From Candidatus Aminicenantes bacterium (GTDB lineage Bacteria > Acidobacteriota > Aminicenantia > Aminicenantales > JAFGBC01), in contig OY969696.1 in NCBI GenBank assembly GCA_963702005.1, forward strand, positions 1,600,001 to 1,664,000: 64,000 nucleotides of DNA. Reading direction: 5' to 3'. A model generated the notes under the pieces. That model was not told where the DNA came from. It ran no database searches and saw only the letters and a program-made list of their open reading frames with translations. How positions within the stretch are numbered: the stretch's first letter is position 1; every line of letters begins with the position of its first letter. The translations under genes were made by a program, and so were the position numbers. Below, one piece after another: positions 39,325 to 51,409 of the stretch.

Positions 39325-40644
39325 ATGAACATGCCGAGAATCCTTCGATCGCTGACGCGGGTCGTCCTGGGATTAGCCGTCATCGCGGGCGGCGCCGCCG
39401 CGTCGTCCGTCACGGATACGAGCCTCGTCCAGGCAACCACCGGATTCACGATTCAAACGCCGCCCCGGGTTTTTCTCGACTCCCCCGGGGCCGATATCGC
39501 GGCCCTCCAGAAGGGGATCGCTTTCGTCGAATGGGTCGCCGCGGCCGCGGACGCCCAAGTCGTCGTCTCGATCAAGGCCGAGACGGTGGCCGGCGGGGAG
39601 ACGGTCACGACGTTCGTCTTCCACGGGCAGAAGGAATTCAGCGGGGATGACGAGACGCTCAGCCATAGCGCGCCCCCCGGGGGAAGTCCGGAGGACCTCG
39701 CGGCCGGGCTGAACCAGTCTCTTAAGCTGGGCTTGATGCGCTACGTGGGCAAGACGCCCGTCGCCAAGCGGATCGATATTTCCCTGAGGGACAAGGTCAA
39801 GCCCACGGCCGTCATCGATCCCTGGAACTTCTGGGTATTCAGCCTCAGCACGGATGGCTTTTTCATGGGATACGAGACCTACAAATCCCGCTCGCTCTAC
39901 GGCTCCATTTCGGCCAACCGGACGACGTTGGATTGGAAGATCCGGCTGTCCGCCAGCGCCAGCTCGTACCGGAACGTCTACCAATACGAGGGCGAGGAAA
40001 TCATCAGCACTTCGGAAAGCCGTAGCCTCCAGGGCATGGTCGTCCGCAGCCTCGACGACCATTGGTCGGTCGGCGGCTACCTGTCGGCTCTTTCCTCGAC
40101 CTACGCCAACTACGATCTCCTCGTCAAGTTCGCCCCGGCTGTCGAGTTTGATGTTTTTCCTTATTCCCAGTCGACCCGCCACCAGCTCCGGTTCTTATAC
40201 GCGGTCGAGTTCAACCTCGTCCGCTACCGGGAGGAGACGATCTTCGACAAGATGAAGGAGAGCCTGTTCAGTCAGTCCCTGGAAGCCACGCTCGAGCTCA
40301 AACGGAAGTGGGGGACGGCCAGCGTCTCGCTCGCGGGATCGAACTACCTCCACTCGTTCAAGAGGAACCAGCTCGAGCTCTACGGCAATACCTCGGTCCG
40401 GATTTTCAAGGGCCTGTCCTTTGAAATCAACGGCGGCGGCTCGAGGATCCGGAACCAGCTCAACCTGGCCAAGGGCGGCGCCTCGCTCGAGGAAGTCATC
40501 CTGCGCAGGAAGCAGCTCGCGACGAGCTACAATTATTACTTCTCGGTCGGACTGAGCTTCACCTTCGGGTCGATCAAGAGCAATGTCGTCAACCCCCGCT
40601 TCGGCAGCGGAGGCAGCAGCGTCTCGATCCGTTTCGGCGGCTGA
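39325..40644 (+). CDS. Putative outer-membrane protein, paralogue 2
   Basis: Collinear with paralogue 1: DPWNFWVF, FPYSQSTRHQLRF, GGASLEEV and NVVNPRFG. Confidence 0.7.
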   Translation: MNMPRILRSLTRVVLGLAVIAGGAAASSVTDTSLVQATTGFTIQTPPRVFLDSPGADIAALQKGIAFVEWVAAAADAQVVVSIKAETVAGGETVTTFVFHGQKEFSGDDETLSHSAPPGGSPEDLAAGLNQSLKLGLMRYVGKTPVAKRIDISLRDKVKPTAVIDPWNFWVFSLSTDGFFMGYETYKSRSLYGSISANRTTLDWKIRLSASASSYRNVYQYEGEEIISTSESRSLQGMVVRSLDDHWSVGGYLSALSSTYANYDLLVKFAPAVEFDVFPYSQSTRHQLRFLYAVEFNLVRYREETIFDKMKESLFSQSLEATLELKRKWGTASVSLAGSNYLHSFKRNQLELYGNTSVRIFKGLSFEINGGGSRIRNQLNLAKGGASLEEVILRRKQLATSYNYYFSVGLSFTFGSIKSNVVNPRFGSGGSSVSIRFGG

Positions 40645-40770
40645 TGCGGCTGAGCCGGGCGGAGTTTCCGCCCTCGGTCCGGGACGCCGTAAAGATTCCC
40701 AAACTGTAAACCGTTTTAATTGTGATGCATGTTCCGGTTTGTTCGGGTAGACTATGTTTAGATTTCTACC

Positions 40771-43700
40771 ATGCGCACCGCTTGGAAACGCCGGCTGCGA
40801 AAGGCCCTGATCCTCCTGGCCGGCCTGTCCGCCCTGTCCGCGGCCCTGATCATTCTCGCCGACTCGGGCTGGGTCAAGCGCCGGCTTATCGGCCTGGCCG
40901 ACCGGAAGCTCCGGGCCGGATTCGGGCTCTCTCTCCAGGTCGGCCATTCCAGCCTCCGGCTGTCGAGCCTTTCCGCTTCCCTCCGTGATATCCGGCTGTC
41001 GCCCGTCGACCCCGCTTCTTCCTCGGTCAGGGCGTTCAGCGCCTCCGAGGTCGCGATCAACCTTGCCTGGTCGGGCCTTTTCACGGGACACGTACATATC
41101 CAGGAAATCCGCGTCGTCCGCCCACTTATCGAAATCGCGGTCCCGGTTGTCCAGACCCGTGCCGCCCCCTCCGGACCCTCGGCGCCTTCCCGTCCCGTCT
41201 CCAGGCCGGTTTCGTTCCGCGTCGATAAGCTCGCCCTTTCGGAAGGGCGGGTGCTCTTCGAGGGGGGGGAGCGATCGTTCGCCGCCGACCTCAGCGAGAT
41301 CGGGCTCGACCTCCGCTACCTTCCGGGGGAAAAAGATCATCGGGGAACCCTTGTCTGCGGCGGCGGCCGGATCGTCTTCTCCGGGAGCGAGATCCCGATC
41401 AGGAGCGTCGAGTCCGAGTTCAAGGTCGACGAAAACAGAATCGGCGTCGAACGATTCCTGGCCAGGACGGCCTTCTCGTCACTGGGGTTCAAAGGCGCGG
41501 CCCGCAATATCCAGGGCAGCCCGGTTTTCGAAGCCGACCTGACCGCGAACCTCGACCTTACGGAATGGACGCGGCTGCTGCCCGCCATGCCGCCCGGCCG
41601 CGGCAGCCTCGTTCTCGACGGCCGGGCGGAAGGCGGGAGCGACGGGCTCCGCTTTTCAGCCCGGCTCAGCGCAACGGGACTGAAGCTCGAGGGTCTGCCC
41701 GAGGCCTCTTTCCGGGCTTCTCTCGAAGGAAATCCCCGCTTCCTCAAGCTGACCGAGTTCGTGGCGGAGGCGGTCGGAGGCCGTTTGGAGGGCCGGGGCG
41801 AATTCCGTCCGCCCGGGGAAGGGGAGTCCCGTCTCCACCTCGGCTGGAAGGATCTCGACCTCCCCCGTCTTGCCGGTCTATTGCCCGGCGTCCCGGTCCT
41901 ACTGGCCACCCTAGACGGCGAGGTCAACGCGGCCTGGGAGGATTGGCGGCCCGGAGCGATCTTCGCTTCAGGGCGGGCGACATTTCGTCCATTGAATCGT
42001 TCGCTTCCCGGCGCGGCCCTCCCCGTCGCGGGAACGATCGAATTCGATTCGTCGAAACGCGGCGTCGAGATCACCCGAGCCGATTTTCGGGCCGCGGGCG
42101 CCGATCTTTCGATATCGGGTCGTTTGGGTTGGGACCGCGATATCCGCGTCCGGTTCCGTGCCATTCTCGATGACCTGGCCGGCACGGCCCGATTGGCCGG
42201 GGCGCTCGGAGGACCGGCCTCGCTCCCCGCGATTGGCGGCCGGCTCCGTCTTGACGGTCGGCTGGAAGGGAAAATCCCGCGACCGTCCTTGCGGATTGAG
42301 CTTGGGGCGGAGAGAATCACTTTGGAAGGACTCTCCGTGGATTCGGTTGAAGCCGCCCTGTCCCTGAACCGGGACGCCGTCGACATTTCGCGGTTCAAGG
42401 CGAAAGTTGGAGAAGGGACCGTCGAGGCCGCGGGGCGACTCTCGTTCAATATCCCGGGCCGGCTCGCCGGAGCGACCTGCCGGGTTTCGTTGACCATGAC
42501 CGGTCTTCCCCTCGAAGCGTTTTCGTCTTTCCTCCCCGAAAAATTCAGGACGGCCTTCGGGGGAACCCTCGACGCCGGGGTGGAAGTCTCCGGCCGCCCG
42601 GACCGGCCGCGGTTGGACTTCAGGATCAAAGCCTCGCCGCTCGGGTTTCGAGGGCTGATTCTGACCGACGTTTCCGCCTCCGGCCGCGTCGAGCCCGGCG
42701 GCCTTGTCGTCGTTGACGAGTTCCATGTCGTCAGCGCAGGAGGGTCCGTCGACGGCGGCTTGAGCCTGGATTCCGCGCGTCGCGAATTCTCGGTCAAGGC
42801 CGGGACTTCCGGCCTCGACTTGGACGTCCTCCATCCTTTCTTTCCCGGTCAGGCGCTCTCGGGGCGAATCGTATTCAAACTCGAAGGCGGCGGCTCCTTT
42901 GAAAAGCCGATCGGTTCTTTCCGGCTTGACGCAGAGCGGATTAAAACCGCGGCGTTCTCAATTCCCGGCCTCGGCCTCAAATTGGAATCGGACGGGACAT
43001 CGGCGCGGGCGGTTGTGACAGCGGCCGATCCCGGGGTTCTGATCGAGGCCGAAGTCTCTCTCGTCGCTCCTCACATCGTAACGGGACGTCTCAAGGCGGA
43101 GCGAATCCGGCTGGATCGACTCCTGCATCCGGAGGGCGGGGCCGCCCCGCGCGAGGCTCCGGAGTTTTCCGCCGACGGGACATTCTCGCTTCCCATCGAA
43201 AACCCGGACGGAGTCGTCGCCCATCTTTCTTTTTCCGGTTTTGACCTGGGGAGCCTGGCGGCTTTCTCGGGCGGGAAGGTCCCTCCCGGCCTGGGCGGTG
43301 AAATCGAGGGACGGCTCGAGTTCAGCGGGAATCCCGCCTCGCCCGATCGGATTAAGGCCAAGGGCGAGATCGGCCGCCTTCGCCTCTCCTACGACCGCTT
43401 TGCCCTCGGAAACAAGGGGCCGATTCGTTTCGGATTCCGCGACGGCGCTTTCGAGCTCAAAGAGCTGCGCCTTGCCGCGGCCGACTCCGAGATCCGGGCT
43501 TCGGGCGTTGTGCGCGGTCTCCCGGCCCGCCCCGAGATCGAAGGCCGGCTCTCTATGGATGTCGACGCATCGCTCATCCCTCGCGACCTTATCGACGCCG
43601 TGGCCGGCGGCCGGTTCAAGCTGGCCCTGGACGTCAAGGGTTCGCTCCAGCAACCCCGCATCTCTGGCGAAGGGACGCTGGCCTCCGGATTTTTCCAACC

Positions 43701-46700
43701 CGACGATTTTCCCTTGACCGTCAGCGACGCGGCCCTGCGGCTCGAATGGAAGGACAACGTCATCATCTTGAGCGAAGGCCGGGGTTCGGCCAACGGCGGC
43801 CTTTTTGATCTCTCCGGGAGGGCTGACCTGGGAGAGGGCTTCAGGCTGAGCCGAGCCAGGGTCGAGGCCGGGTTCAAAGGCCTGCGACTAAACTTTCCCC
43901 CCGGCCTCAATACCCTTTCGGAGGGCCGGGCCGGGCTCGAAGGCGACGGCCGGACCTGGACCCTGTCGGGGGATGTCCGGGTCGTCCAGGGCTCGTTCCG
44001 CGAGGATGTCTATCCGGGCGCCGAGCTGCTGGGATTCTCCAGCCTGCCCCTGATCGTGCGGAGCGAGGAGATACCGGCCTATTATCACGACTTCAAGCTC
44101 GACCTGGGCGTTTCAACGACCGGCCCGTTCATCCTCCGCAACAACATGGCCGACCTCGGTCTCGAGGCCAATCTTCGGGTCGGGGGGACGCTCGCGGTTC
44201 CGCTCCTGTCCGGCCGGGTTCAAAACGCGGCCGTCGGCAAGATCGTCTTCGGCGAGCGGAGCTACACCGTGGAGACGGCCCGGGTCGAATTCCTGGGCAA
44301 GGATACCGTCAGCCCGGACGTCGACATCGTCGCCCACACGCCCCTGCACCACCGGTTGGATGATTTCGATATCAGGCTGAGGATCTCGGGGACGGTCCCG
44401 AAGCTGTCCTACGACCTGACTTCCTTTCCGCCGCGCAGCCGCGAAGAACTCTCCCTGCTTCTCCTGACCGGTAAAAGCCTGGACGAGATCCGGGGGAACG
44501 CCGTCAATACGGTGGGAAACCAGATGATCCTTTATTTTGCCTCCCCCCTGGCCTCTCCCGTGGCGGCGGGGCTCCGTAAGCTCCTCAGGGTGGACGATGT
44601 GACCATCGAGCCTCTCAACATCGCCTCCGAAGCGGACCCCGGCGCCCGGCTGACTTTTTCGAAAACGGTCTCGGACCGCGCCTCCCTGACCTATTCCCTC
44701 GACGTCACCCGCAGCCAGCGCCAGACCTGGCTGATCGATTACGACCTCATCCGAAATTTTTCCTTGCGGGCCTTCCGCAAGGACGATGGGAGCTACGGCG
44801 GCAGCCTCAAGCACTCGTTTTTCCTGGGCGGCCCACCGCCGCCCGGCGAAGAAGCGCGGCCGTCGGAATCCAAATCCGGAATCCTAACGGAGGTGGGCGT
44901 CGCGGGGAACCCGCGCCTGCCCGCGGCCCGTCTCGAAAAAGCCTGGGCGCCTCTGCGGACGGGCGCGGTCTTCCATGTCTCCGACCTCGGCCTCGCTGAA
45001 GACGGCTTGAACCGGCTCTACAAAGACGGCGGATATGCCAACGCCTCAGTCACTCCCGAAATCCGCAGGGATGGGGCCGGCGGCGCGGCCGTCCTGTTCT
45101 GGATCGAGGCCGGCGATCCGGTCGCCTTCGTCTTCCGCGGAGACGGGATCCCTCGGCGTCTCAAGAACAGGGTTCGCGACGCCTGGACCGGAAAGCTCGC
45201 CGAGGGCTCGAACCTCGGCGAGGCCCGGAGGATCATCCTCGAAGCCCTCAGGCGCGATCGCTATTACGCGGCCAAGGTCGGGGCGGAAGCCGTCCGTTCG
45301 CCGGGCGCAACCACGTATCTCTTTTCGGTGGCCAAGAACGGCCGCTACCGGATCGGCCGGTTCGAGGTCTTGGGAAAGGCGGCCGTTCCCGAAAAGGTCA
45401 TCCGCAAAGCGGCTTCCCAGGTTCCATTGTCCGGGAGCCGCGGTCTTTGGAACCTCGTCAATCAACCGCGCCTGGCCGTCCGCTCGGTGCTGAGGGCGCT
45501 CCAGGCTCGAGGCTACACGAAGGCCGTCGTCGATCCGCCCCGGATCGTCGAGGACAAGCAACAACGCCGGATTGACATCATCCTTCCCGTGGCGGCGGGC
45601 CCGCTCAGCCACGTTCGAACCGTGGCCTTCACCGGGGCCAGCCTGTTCGGCCGGGAGGAGCTGCGCAGCGTCCTGCAATTGACCAAGGGGCGGCCGTTCG
45701 CGCCGGACCGTTTCCCCGAAGACAAGACGGCCCTTCTCAACCTCTATCGCGGCCGGGGCTACGGGAGCGCCGAGATCGGGGCCGCGGCGATCCCGGCGGC
45801 GGGCGGGGACGATCTGGACCTGGTCTATGCCATCAAGGAAGGGGCCCGGTTCGTCGCATCCGGCTTCGAGATCCGCGGCCGCCTCCATACGCGGGAATCC
45901 TTCATCCTGAAAACGTCGGGTCTCAAGGCGGGCGAACCCCTCAGCCTGGATCGTCTCGCCCTGGGCCAAAAGAAGCTCTACGACACGGGAGCTTTCGCCA
46001 GCGTCGGCGTTTTCAGCCGCCCCGGGACCGAGGCTGGGGGCGGGGGGACCATCCGGAGACCGTCATTATCGAGGTCCGCGAGCTGCCTCCCCTGGCCGCG
46101 ACCTACGGGATCCGCTACAATTCGGCGGAGAAGTTCGAGGGATTCGGCGAGGTCGGAGTCCGCAACTTGTTCGGCGAAGGCCGGAGCGGCCTCGTCTCCT
46201 ACCGGCAGAACGCCCGCCAGCGGGATATGAGGTTCTCGCTCGAATCCCCCAGCCTTTTCGGCCTCCGGATCAACCTCCTGTCCGCTTTTTATTCCAAGCG
46301 CGACATCCAGGAATTTTTCACGACCGACGAGACGGGCTGGACCCTCCAGAGCAGCTTCCGGCTGCCCCTCCGTTCGACCCTGTCGGCCCTCTACCGCCTG
46401 GATAAGATCCACACCTTTGAGGCCGTGCCGCTCGGTCCATTCCCGTTCGATATCTCCCTCTTCCTCTCCGAGGTCGGAGCCGTCCTCGTCCGCGATACGC
46501 GGGACGACCTCCTCGACCCGCGGCGGGGATCGCTGCTGTCCCTGGCCCTGATCTATTCCCCCGCGTTCCTGGGAACGGAGCTGCCCTATGTCAGCGCTTT
46601 CGGCCAGTTCGCTTTTCAGCTGAGCTTCGGGCCCGACTTGGTCTGGGCGTCCGGCTTCCGCCTCGGCCTGGCGGACGCCTACGACCAGGTCCTGATTTCC

Positions 46701-47057
46701 AGCCGGAGGTTTTACGCCGGCGGCGGCAATTCCATTCGCGGTTTCAGGCAGGACCGGGTTGGGCCGATCGATCCCTACCTGGATACACCCGAGGGAGGCG
46801 AAGCCGTCCTCATTCTCAACCAAGAGCTGCGCTTCCCGCTCTTCAAGCCGGTGAGGGGAGCGGTCTTCTACGACGCCGGGAACGTTTTCCCGACGGCGCG
46901 CGAGATCCGCCTTTCGGAATTCCGGCACAGCCTGGGGCTGGGATTGCGGATCGCGAGCCCGCTCGGGCTCCTCCGCGCCGATTACGGCTTCAACTTAGCC
47001 CCGCGAGCGGGCGAACCCCGCGGGGTCTTCACCATCAGCGTCGGACAGGCGTTCTGA
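40771..47057 (+). CDS. TamB(DUF490)-POTRA-Omp85 fusion protein of ~2095 aa; apparent 1-nt deletion at ~46042-46047
   Basis: AsmA/TamB-like N-terminus, then LTSFPPRSREELSLLLLTG, POTRA-like segments and the Omp85 motifs FYAGGGNSIRGF, GAVFYDAGNV and ISVGQAF. One extra G joins the two ORFs. Confidence 0.85.
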
Positions 47058-47084
47058 GGCCGCCCCGTCCGCCGGGCCCGGTGG

Positions 47085-47753
47085 TCAGCGTTTGAGGAGG
47101 TTCAGGAAGTTTCGGACCTGCGGAGCTTCCGGAGCCAACGGAGCCAGGGTCAGGAACTTTTCCAGATGGACGATGGTCAGGTCCTTGCGCTTCTTTTGAT
47201 TATAGGCAAGGCCGAGATTGTAGTGGGCGTAGGCATGGAGGGCGTCGAGCTCCAGACATTTTTCGAGGGCGGCGACGGCCGCGTCCGTGTTCTTTAAATA
47301 TCCCTGGACGATGCCCCTCTGGTAGTAAGCCTCCGCGCATTTGGCGTCGGCGGACAGGGCCGCCGTGATTTCTTTCTCGGCTTCCGGATAATTTGTTTTT
47401 TTGATCCAGACCTGAGCCAGCCCGGCGTGGCCCAAGGCGTAATTGGGCTGCTTGGAGAGGGTCGCGCGGAAGTCGCCGAGGGCGGCATCGCTGTTGCCGA
47501 GCTGAAGCCAGGAGACGCCGCGGAAATAGAGGATGTCCAGGTTCTTGGCGTCCTGGGCCAGAGCCGTCTCAAAGCTCACCTTGGCGTCCGCGGGCTTGCC
47601 CTGGAGCAGAAGGGCCTTGCCGCGGGCGAAGGGCTCCTTGGGAAGCTCCTGGAGCGCGATCAGGCCGGCCGCCGAAACGGCCAGAGCGAGAAGAACGGCC
47701 GGGACGAATCCGATTCCCGGTTTTTTCGAGAACGCGAGCCTGCTTAGGGTCAT
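47085..47753 (-). CDS. Secreted TPR protein
   Basis: Signal peptide and repeated TPR helices (AEAYYQRG, AYAHYNLG). Confidence 0.85.
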   Translation of the reverse strand: MTLSRLAFSKKPGIGFVPAVLLALAVSAAGLIALQELPKEPFARGKALLLQGKPADAKVSFETALAQDAKNLDILYFRGVSWLQLGNSDAALGDFRATLSKQPNYALGHAGLAQVWIKKTNYPEAEKEITAALSADAKCAEAYYQRGIVQGYLKNTDAAVAALEKCLELDALHAYAHYNLGLAYNQKKRKDLTIVHLEKFLTLAPLAPEAPQVRNFLNLLKR

Positions 47754-47840
47754 GTCGGTCCTCCCTTTGTGGGGATTTCTTTGACCTGTTTATCATATCA
47801 TAGAACGGCCTTTGTGAAATCACGGCACCACGGGCCGCGG

Positions 47841-47869
47841 TTGACATCGTGCCGCCCGGGAATTAACAT
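47841..47869 (+). promoter_or_regulatory. Sigma70-type promoter
   Basis: TTGACA-17bp-TAACAT. Confidence 0.55.
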
Positions 47870-47922
47870 CTGTCTAAAGTAAGGAGCGGGCCCGGACCCG
47901 CGGCGATCGGAGGAGACACGCT

Positions 47923-49518
47923 ATGATCCATAGGATGTCCGTCGTTAAAAAATTCTCCGTCTTTATCCTCGCCCTTGGACTTCTTATCGCGCCGCTGGCG
48001 GCGAAGGACCCGGCCAAGGTTCCGGCTTCGCTGCCGCCCGACCTCGATGCCGCCCTGGCTAAAATTATGAAGTCGTTCGAAGTGCCCGGCATCGGGGTGG
48101 CCGTCGTCAAAGACGGCCGGGTCCTGGTCGCCAAGGGCTACGGCGTACGGAAACTGGGCGAAACGGCGCCCGTCGACGCCCAAACCCTGTTCGCCATCGC
48201 CTCCAACACGAAAGTGTTCACGGCCACCGCCCTCGGCCTCCTCGTCGAGGAGGGGAAGCTCGAGTGGGACGGGCCGGTCGTCCGCTATCTGCCCTGGTTC
48301 CAAATGGCCGATCCTTACGTGACGCGGGAGCTGACCGTCCGCGACCTCCTCGTCCACCGGAGCGGCCTCGGCCTCGGCGCCGGAGACCTTCTCATCTGGC
48401 CGCCCTCGACCTATGATCGGACGGAGATCGCCAAACGTCTCCGCTTTGTTCCTCTGGCGACGAGTTTCCGGAGCGCTTACGCTTACGACAACGTCCTCTA
48501 CATCGTGGCCGGGGAAGTCATCCGGTCCGTTTCGGGCCGGACTTGGGAGGACTTTGTATCCGAGCGCATCTTGAAAAAGGTCGGGATGACGGGAACGACC
48601 GTGCGGCAAGCGGACTTCGATCGCGCGCCCGACATCGCCGCCGCCCACGCCTCGATCGACGGCGTCGTCCGCTTGGTCAAGCCGTTCGAGACCGACAACA
48701 TGAGCCCGGCCGGGGGCATTTGTTCGAGCGCCGCGGACATGGCCAAGTGGGCTCTGGTCCTTCTCGGCGCGGGGCGCCTCGGCGACGGTTCGCGCCTCTT
48801 CTCGGAGCGGACGGCCCACGAGCTGACGTCGATCGTGACGCCGATACCGATCAGCGAGCCGCCCGCCGAGCTCGCCGCCCTGCGCAGGAATTTCAGCGGC
48901 TACGCGCTCGGTCTGGGCGTCCAAGACTACCGCGGCCGCAAGATCGTGACCCACACCGGGGGGCTGTCGGGTTTCGTCTCCAAGGTCACCTTGGTTCCGG
49001 AGCTGGGGCTGGGCATCGTCGTCCTGACCAACCAGGAATCGGACGAAGCCTACATGGCCGCCACCTATCATATCCTCGATTATTACCTGGCGGCGCCCCA
49101 GACCGATTGGACCGCGGCCTATCTCACCGTTCGCGACCGGCAGAAGGTCCAGTCGGCCGAGACCGTCGGCAAGGCGGCCGCCGCCCGCGACGCATCCTCC
49201 CGTCCCTCCCTTCCGCTCGCCCGATACGCCGGCGTCTACACGGACGCCTGGTACGGCGAGATCGCGATCGCGGAGGAGGGCGGCAAGCTCGTCGTCCGCT
49301 TTTCCCATTCGCCGAGCCTGGTCGGGGACTGCGAACACTGGCAGCACGACACGTTTGTCGTCCGCTGGCGGGACCGTGAGCTCAGGGCCGACGCCTTCCT
49401 GACCTTCGCCTTGAACCCGGACGGGACGATCGACCAGGCCAAGATGGCGCCGGTCTCGCCCGACACGGACTTCAGCTACGACTTCCAGGATCTTCTGCTC
49501 AAGCCGGCCCGGAAGTGA
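47923..49518 (+). CDS. Serine hydrolase (beta-lactamase/AmpC-like) with C-terminal DUF3471-like domain
   Basis: SxxK (ASNTK), YDN, HTGG and LARYAGVY..WYG motifs. Confidence 0.9.
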   Translation: MIHRMSVVKKFSVFILALGLLIAPLAAKDPAKVPASLPPDLDAALAKIMKSFEVPGIGVAVVKDGRVLVAKGYGVRKLGETAPVDAQTLFAIASNTKVFTATALGLLVEEGKLEWDGPVVRYLPWFQMADPYVTRELTVRDLLVHRSGLGLGAGDLLIWPPSTYDRTEIAKRLRFVPLATSFRSAYAYDNVLYIVAGEVIRSVSGRTWEDFVSERILKKVGMTGTTVRQADFDRAPDIAAAHASIDGVVRLVKPFETDNMSPAGGICSSAADMAKWALVLLGAGRLGDGSRLFSERTAHELTSIVTPIPISEPPAELAALRRNFSGYALGLGVQDYRGRKIVTHTGGLSGFVSKVTLVPELGLGIVVLTNQESDEAYMAATYHILDYYLAAPQTDWTAAYLTVRDRQKVQSAETVGKAAAARDASSRPSLPLARYAGVYTDAWYGEIAIAEEGGKLVVRFSHSPSLVGDCEHWQHDTFVVRWRDRELRADAFLTFALNPDGTIDQAKMAPVSPDTDFSYDFQDLLLKPARK

Positions 49519-49552
49519 GGAGTTCCGCCGGAGGGAGGCCGGGAGGATTTCG

Positions 49553-51409
49553 TCAGGCTTCGCCGTAATCGGGCGGCTTGAAATTGGGGTCGGAGGAGGA
49601 TATGGCTCGGCCGTGGACCGTGTAGTGCCCTTTGACCAGGACCCGGTAGGCCCGGCGCCCGGATTCGACGAGGATGATGATCGAACAGGCCATGATGACG
49701 GCGGTCAGGGAAACGTTGATGACGCCGAGCAGTCGCTGGCCCGGCTTCGAGACAAGCGGCAGGAAGCCGTCGAAGATGTTCCGCCAGCCGGCGTAAAGGG
49801 TCGTCACGGAGATGAAGGCCAGCGGGATCAAGCTCACCCAGACATAGCGGACTTTTCCCGCATTGATGATGGCGGCCGTGACGATCGCCAAAGCGACACC
49901 CGCCAGTAGTTGGTTGGCCGTGCCGAACATGGGCCAGATCGTGCTGATGTTTCCGGTCCAGATGAAGTAAGCCCAGGAGAAGACCACGAAGAAGGTGGCG
50001 GCGAGCGAGCCGGGCAGCCAGTGGGTTCGTTCGAACGGCTTCCAGATCCGGCCGGCGAATTCCTGAACGAGGAAACGGGCAACCCGCGTCCCGGTGTCGA
50101 TGGTGGTCAGGATGAAGAGCGCCTCAAACATGATGGCGAAATGGTACCAGTAGGACATGAGCGTCTTCATGCCCGGGAGGGACGAAAAAATCTGGGCGAA
50201 TCCCACGGCCAGGGAGACGGCGCCGCCGGGCCGGCCCACGACGTTCTCGCCGACCTCTTTTGACAACTCGGCCAGATTGACCGGATGCAGGCCCAGGGCC
50301 GCGAACTTGTCGGGGCTCAGGTTGATGGCGAAGTAGTCGCCGGGGAAAAGTGAGCAGGCGGCGATGAGGGCGATGACGCTGACCACGGATTCGACGAGCA
50401 TGGCGCCGTAGCCGATGAGGCGGGCGTCCCTCTCCTTGGAGATCATCTTGGGGGTCGTGCCGGACGAGACAAGGGCATGGAATCCCGAGACCGCGCCGCA
50501 GGCGATCGTGATGAACAGGAAAGGAAAGACCTTGCCGGGAATGATCGGGCCTCCGCCATGCAGGTAGGGAGTAAAAGCGGGCATCTTGAGGTTGGGATGG
50601 ACGATGAACACTCCGACAATGAGGGCGATGATCGTCCCGATCTTGAGGTAAGAGCTCAGATAGTCGCGCGGACAGAGGAGCATCCAGACGGGCAGGACCG
50701 AGGCGACGAATCCGTAAGCCGCGATGGCCAGGATGATCCCTTCGCGGGGGAGGGTGAATATGGCCGCCAGAGACGGGGAACGGGCCACGACGTTCCCGAG
50801 GATCACGGCCGCGAATACGCCGACGACCCCGATCAAGCTGGCCTCGACGATCCGGCCCTTCCGGATCCGGTACATCCACAAGCCTACAAACAGCGCGATC
50901 GGGATGGTCATGGCGATGGTGAAGGTTCCCCAGGCGCTTTCGCTCAGGGCGTTGACGACGGCCAGTCCCAGGCCAGCCAGGGCGACGACGATGATGATGA
51001 GGATGGCCACCGAGGCGACGGCCCCGCCGAGCGGGCTGACCTCGTACCGGGCGATCTCGGCCAGGGACTTGCCCTTGCGCTTGATCGAAGCGCCCAAGAC
51101 GAGGAAGTCGTGGACGCCGCCCGCGATGACGGCCCCGAGCAGCATCCAGAGGAGCCCGGGCGCGTAGCCGAATTGGGCGGCCAGGACCGGGCCGATCAGC
51201 GGGCCGGCGCCGGAGATGGCCGCGAAGTGGTGGCCGAACAGGACCCATTTATTGGTGGGATGGTAATTGGATCCGTCGTTCAGAGTCAGGGCCGGAGTCG
51301 GCCGGTTGTCATCGAGCGCCAGGATCTTGGCCGCGATGAATGCGCTGTAATAACGATAGGCGAGGGCGAAGAGAAGGAGAGCGCTGACGACGATGGGGAC
51401 GGCGTTCAT
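49553..51409 (-). CDS. cstA: Carbon starvation protein A family transporter
   Basis: [44 protein letters not shown] and [12 protein letters not shown] motifs. Confidence 0.95.
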   Translation of the reverse strand: MNAVPIVVSALLLFALAYRYYSAFIAAKILALDDNRPTPALTLNDGSNYHPTNKWVLFGHHFAAISGAGPLIGPVLAAQFGYAPGLLWMLLGAVIAGGVHDFLVLGASIKRKGKSLAEIARYEVSPLGGAVASVAILIIIVVALAGLGLAVVNALSESAWGTFTIAMTIPIALFVGLWMYRIRKGRIVEASLIGVVGVFAAVILGNVVARSPSLAAIFTLPREGIILAIAAYGFVASVLPVWMLLCPRDYLSSYLKIGTIIALIVGVFIVHPNLKMPAFTPYLHGGGPIIPGKVFPFLFITIACGAVSGFHALVSSGTTPKMISKERDARLIGYGAMLVESVVSVIALIAACSLFPGDYFAINLSPDKFAALGLHPVNLAELSKEVGENVVGRPGGAVSLAVGFAQIFSSLPGMKTLMSYWYHFAIMFEALFILTTIDTGTRVARFLVQEFAGRIWKPFERTHWLPGSLAATFFVVFSWAYFIWTGNISTIWPMFGTANQLLAGVALAIVTAAIINAGKVRYVWVSLIPLAFISVTTLYAGWRNIFDGFLPLVSKPGQRLLGVINVSLTAVIMACSIIILVESGRRAYRVLVKGHYTVHGRAISSSDPNFKPPDYGEA

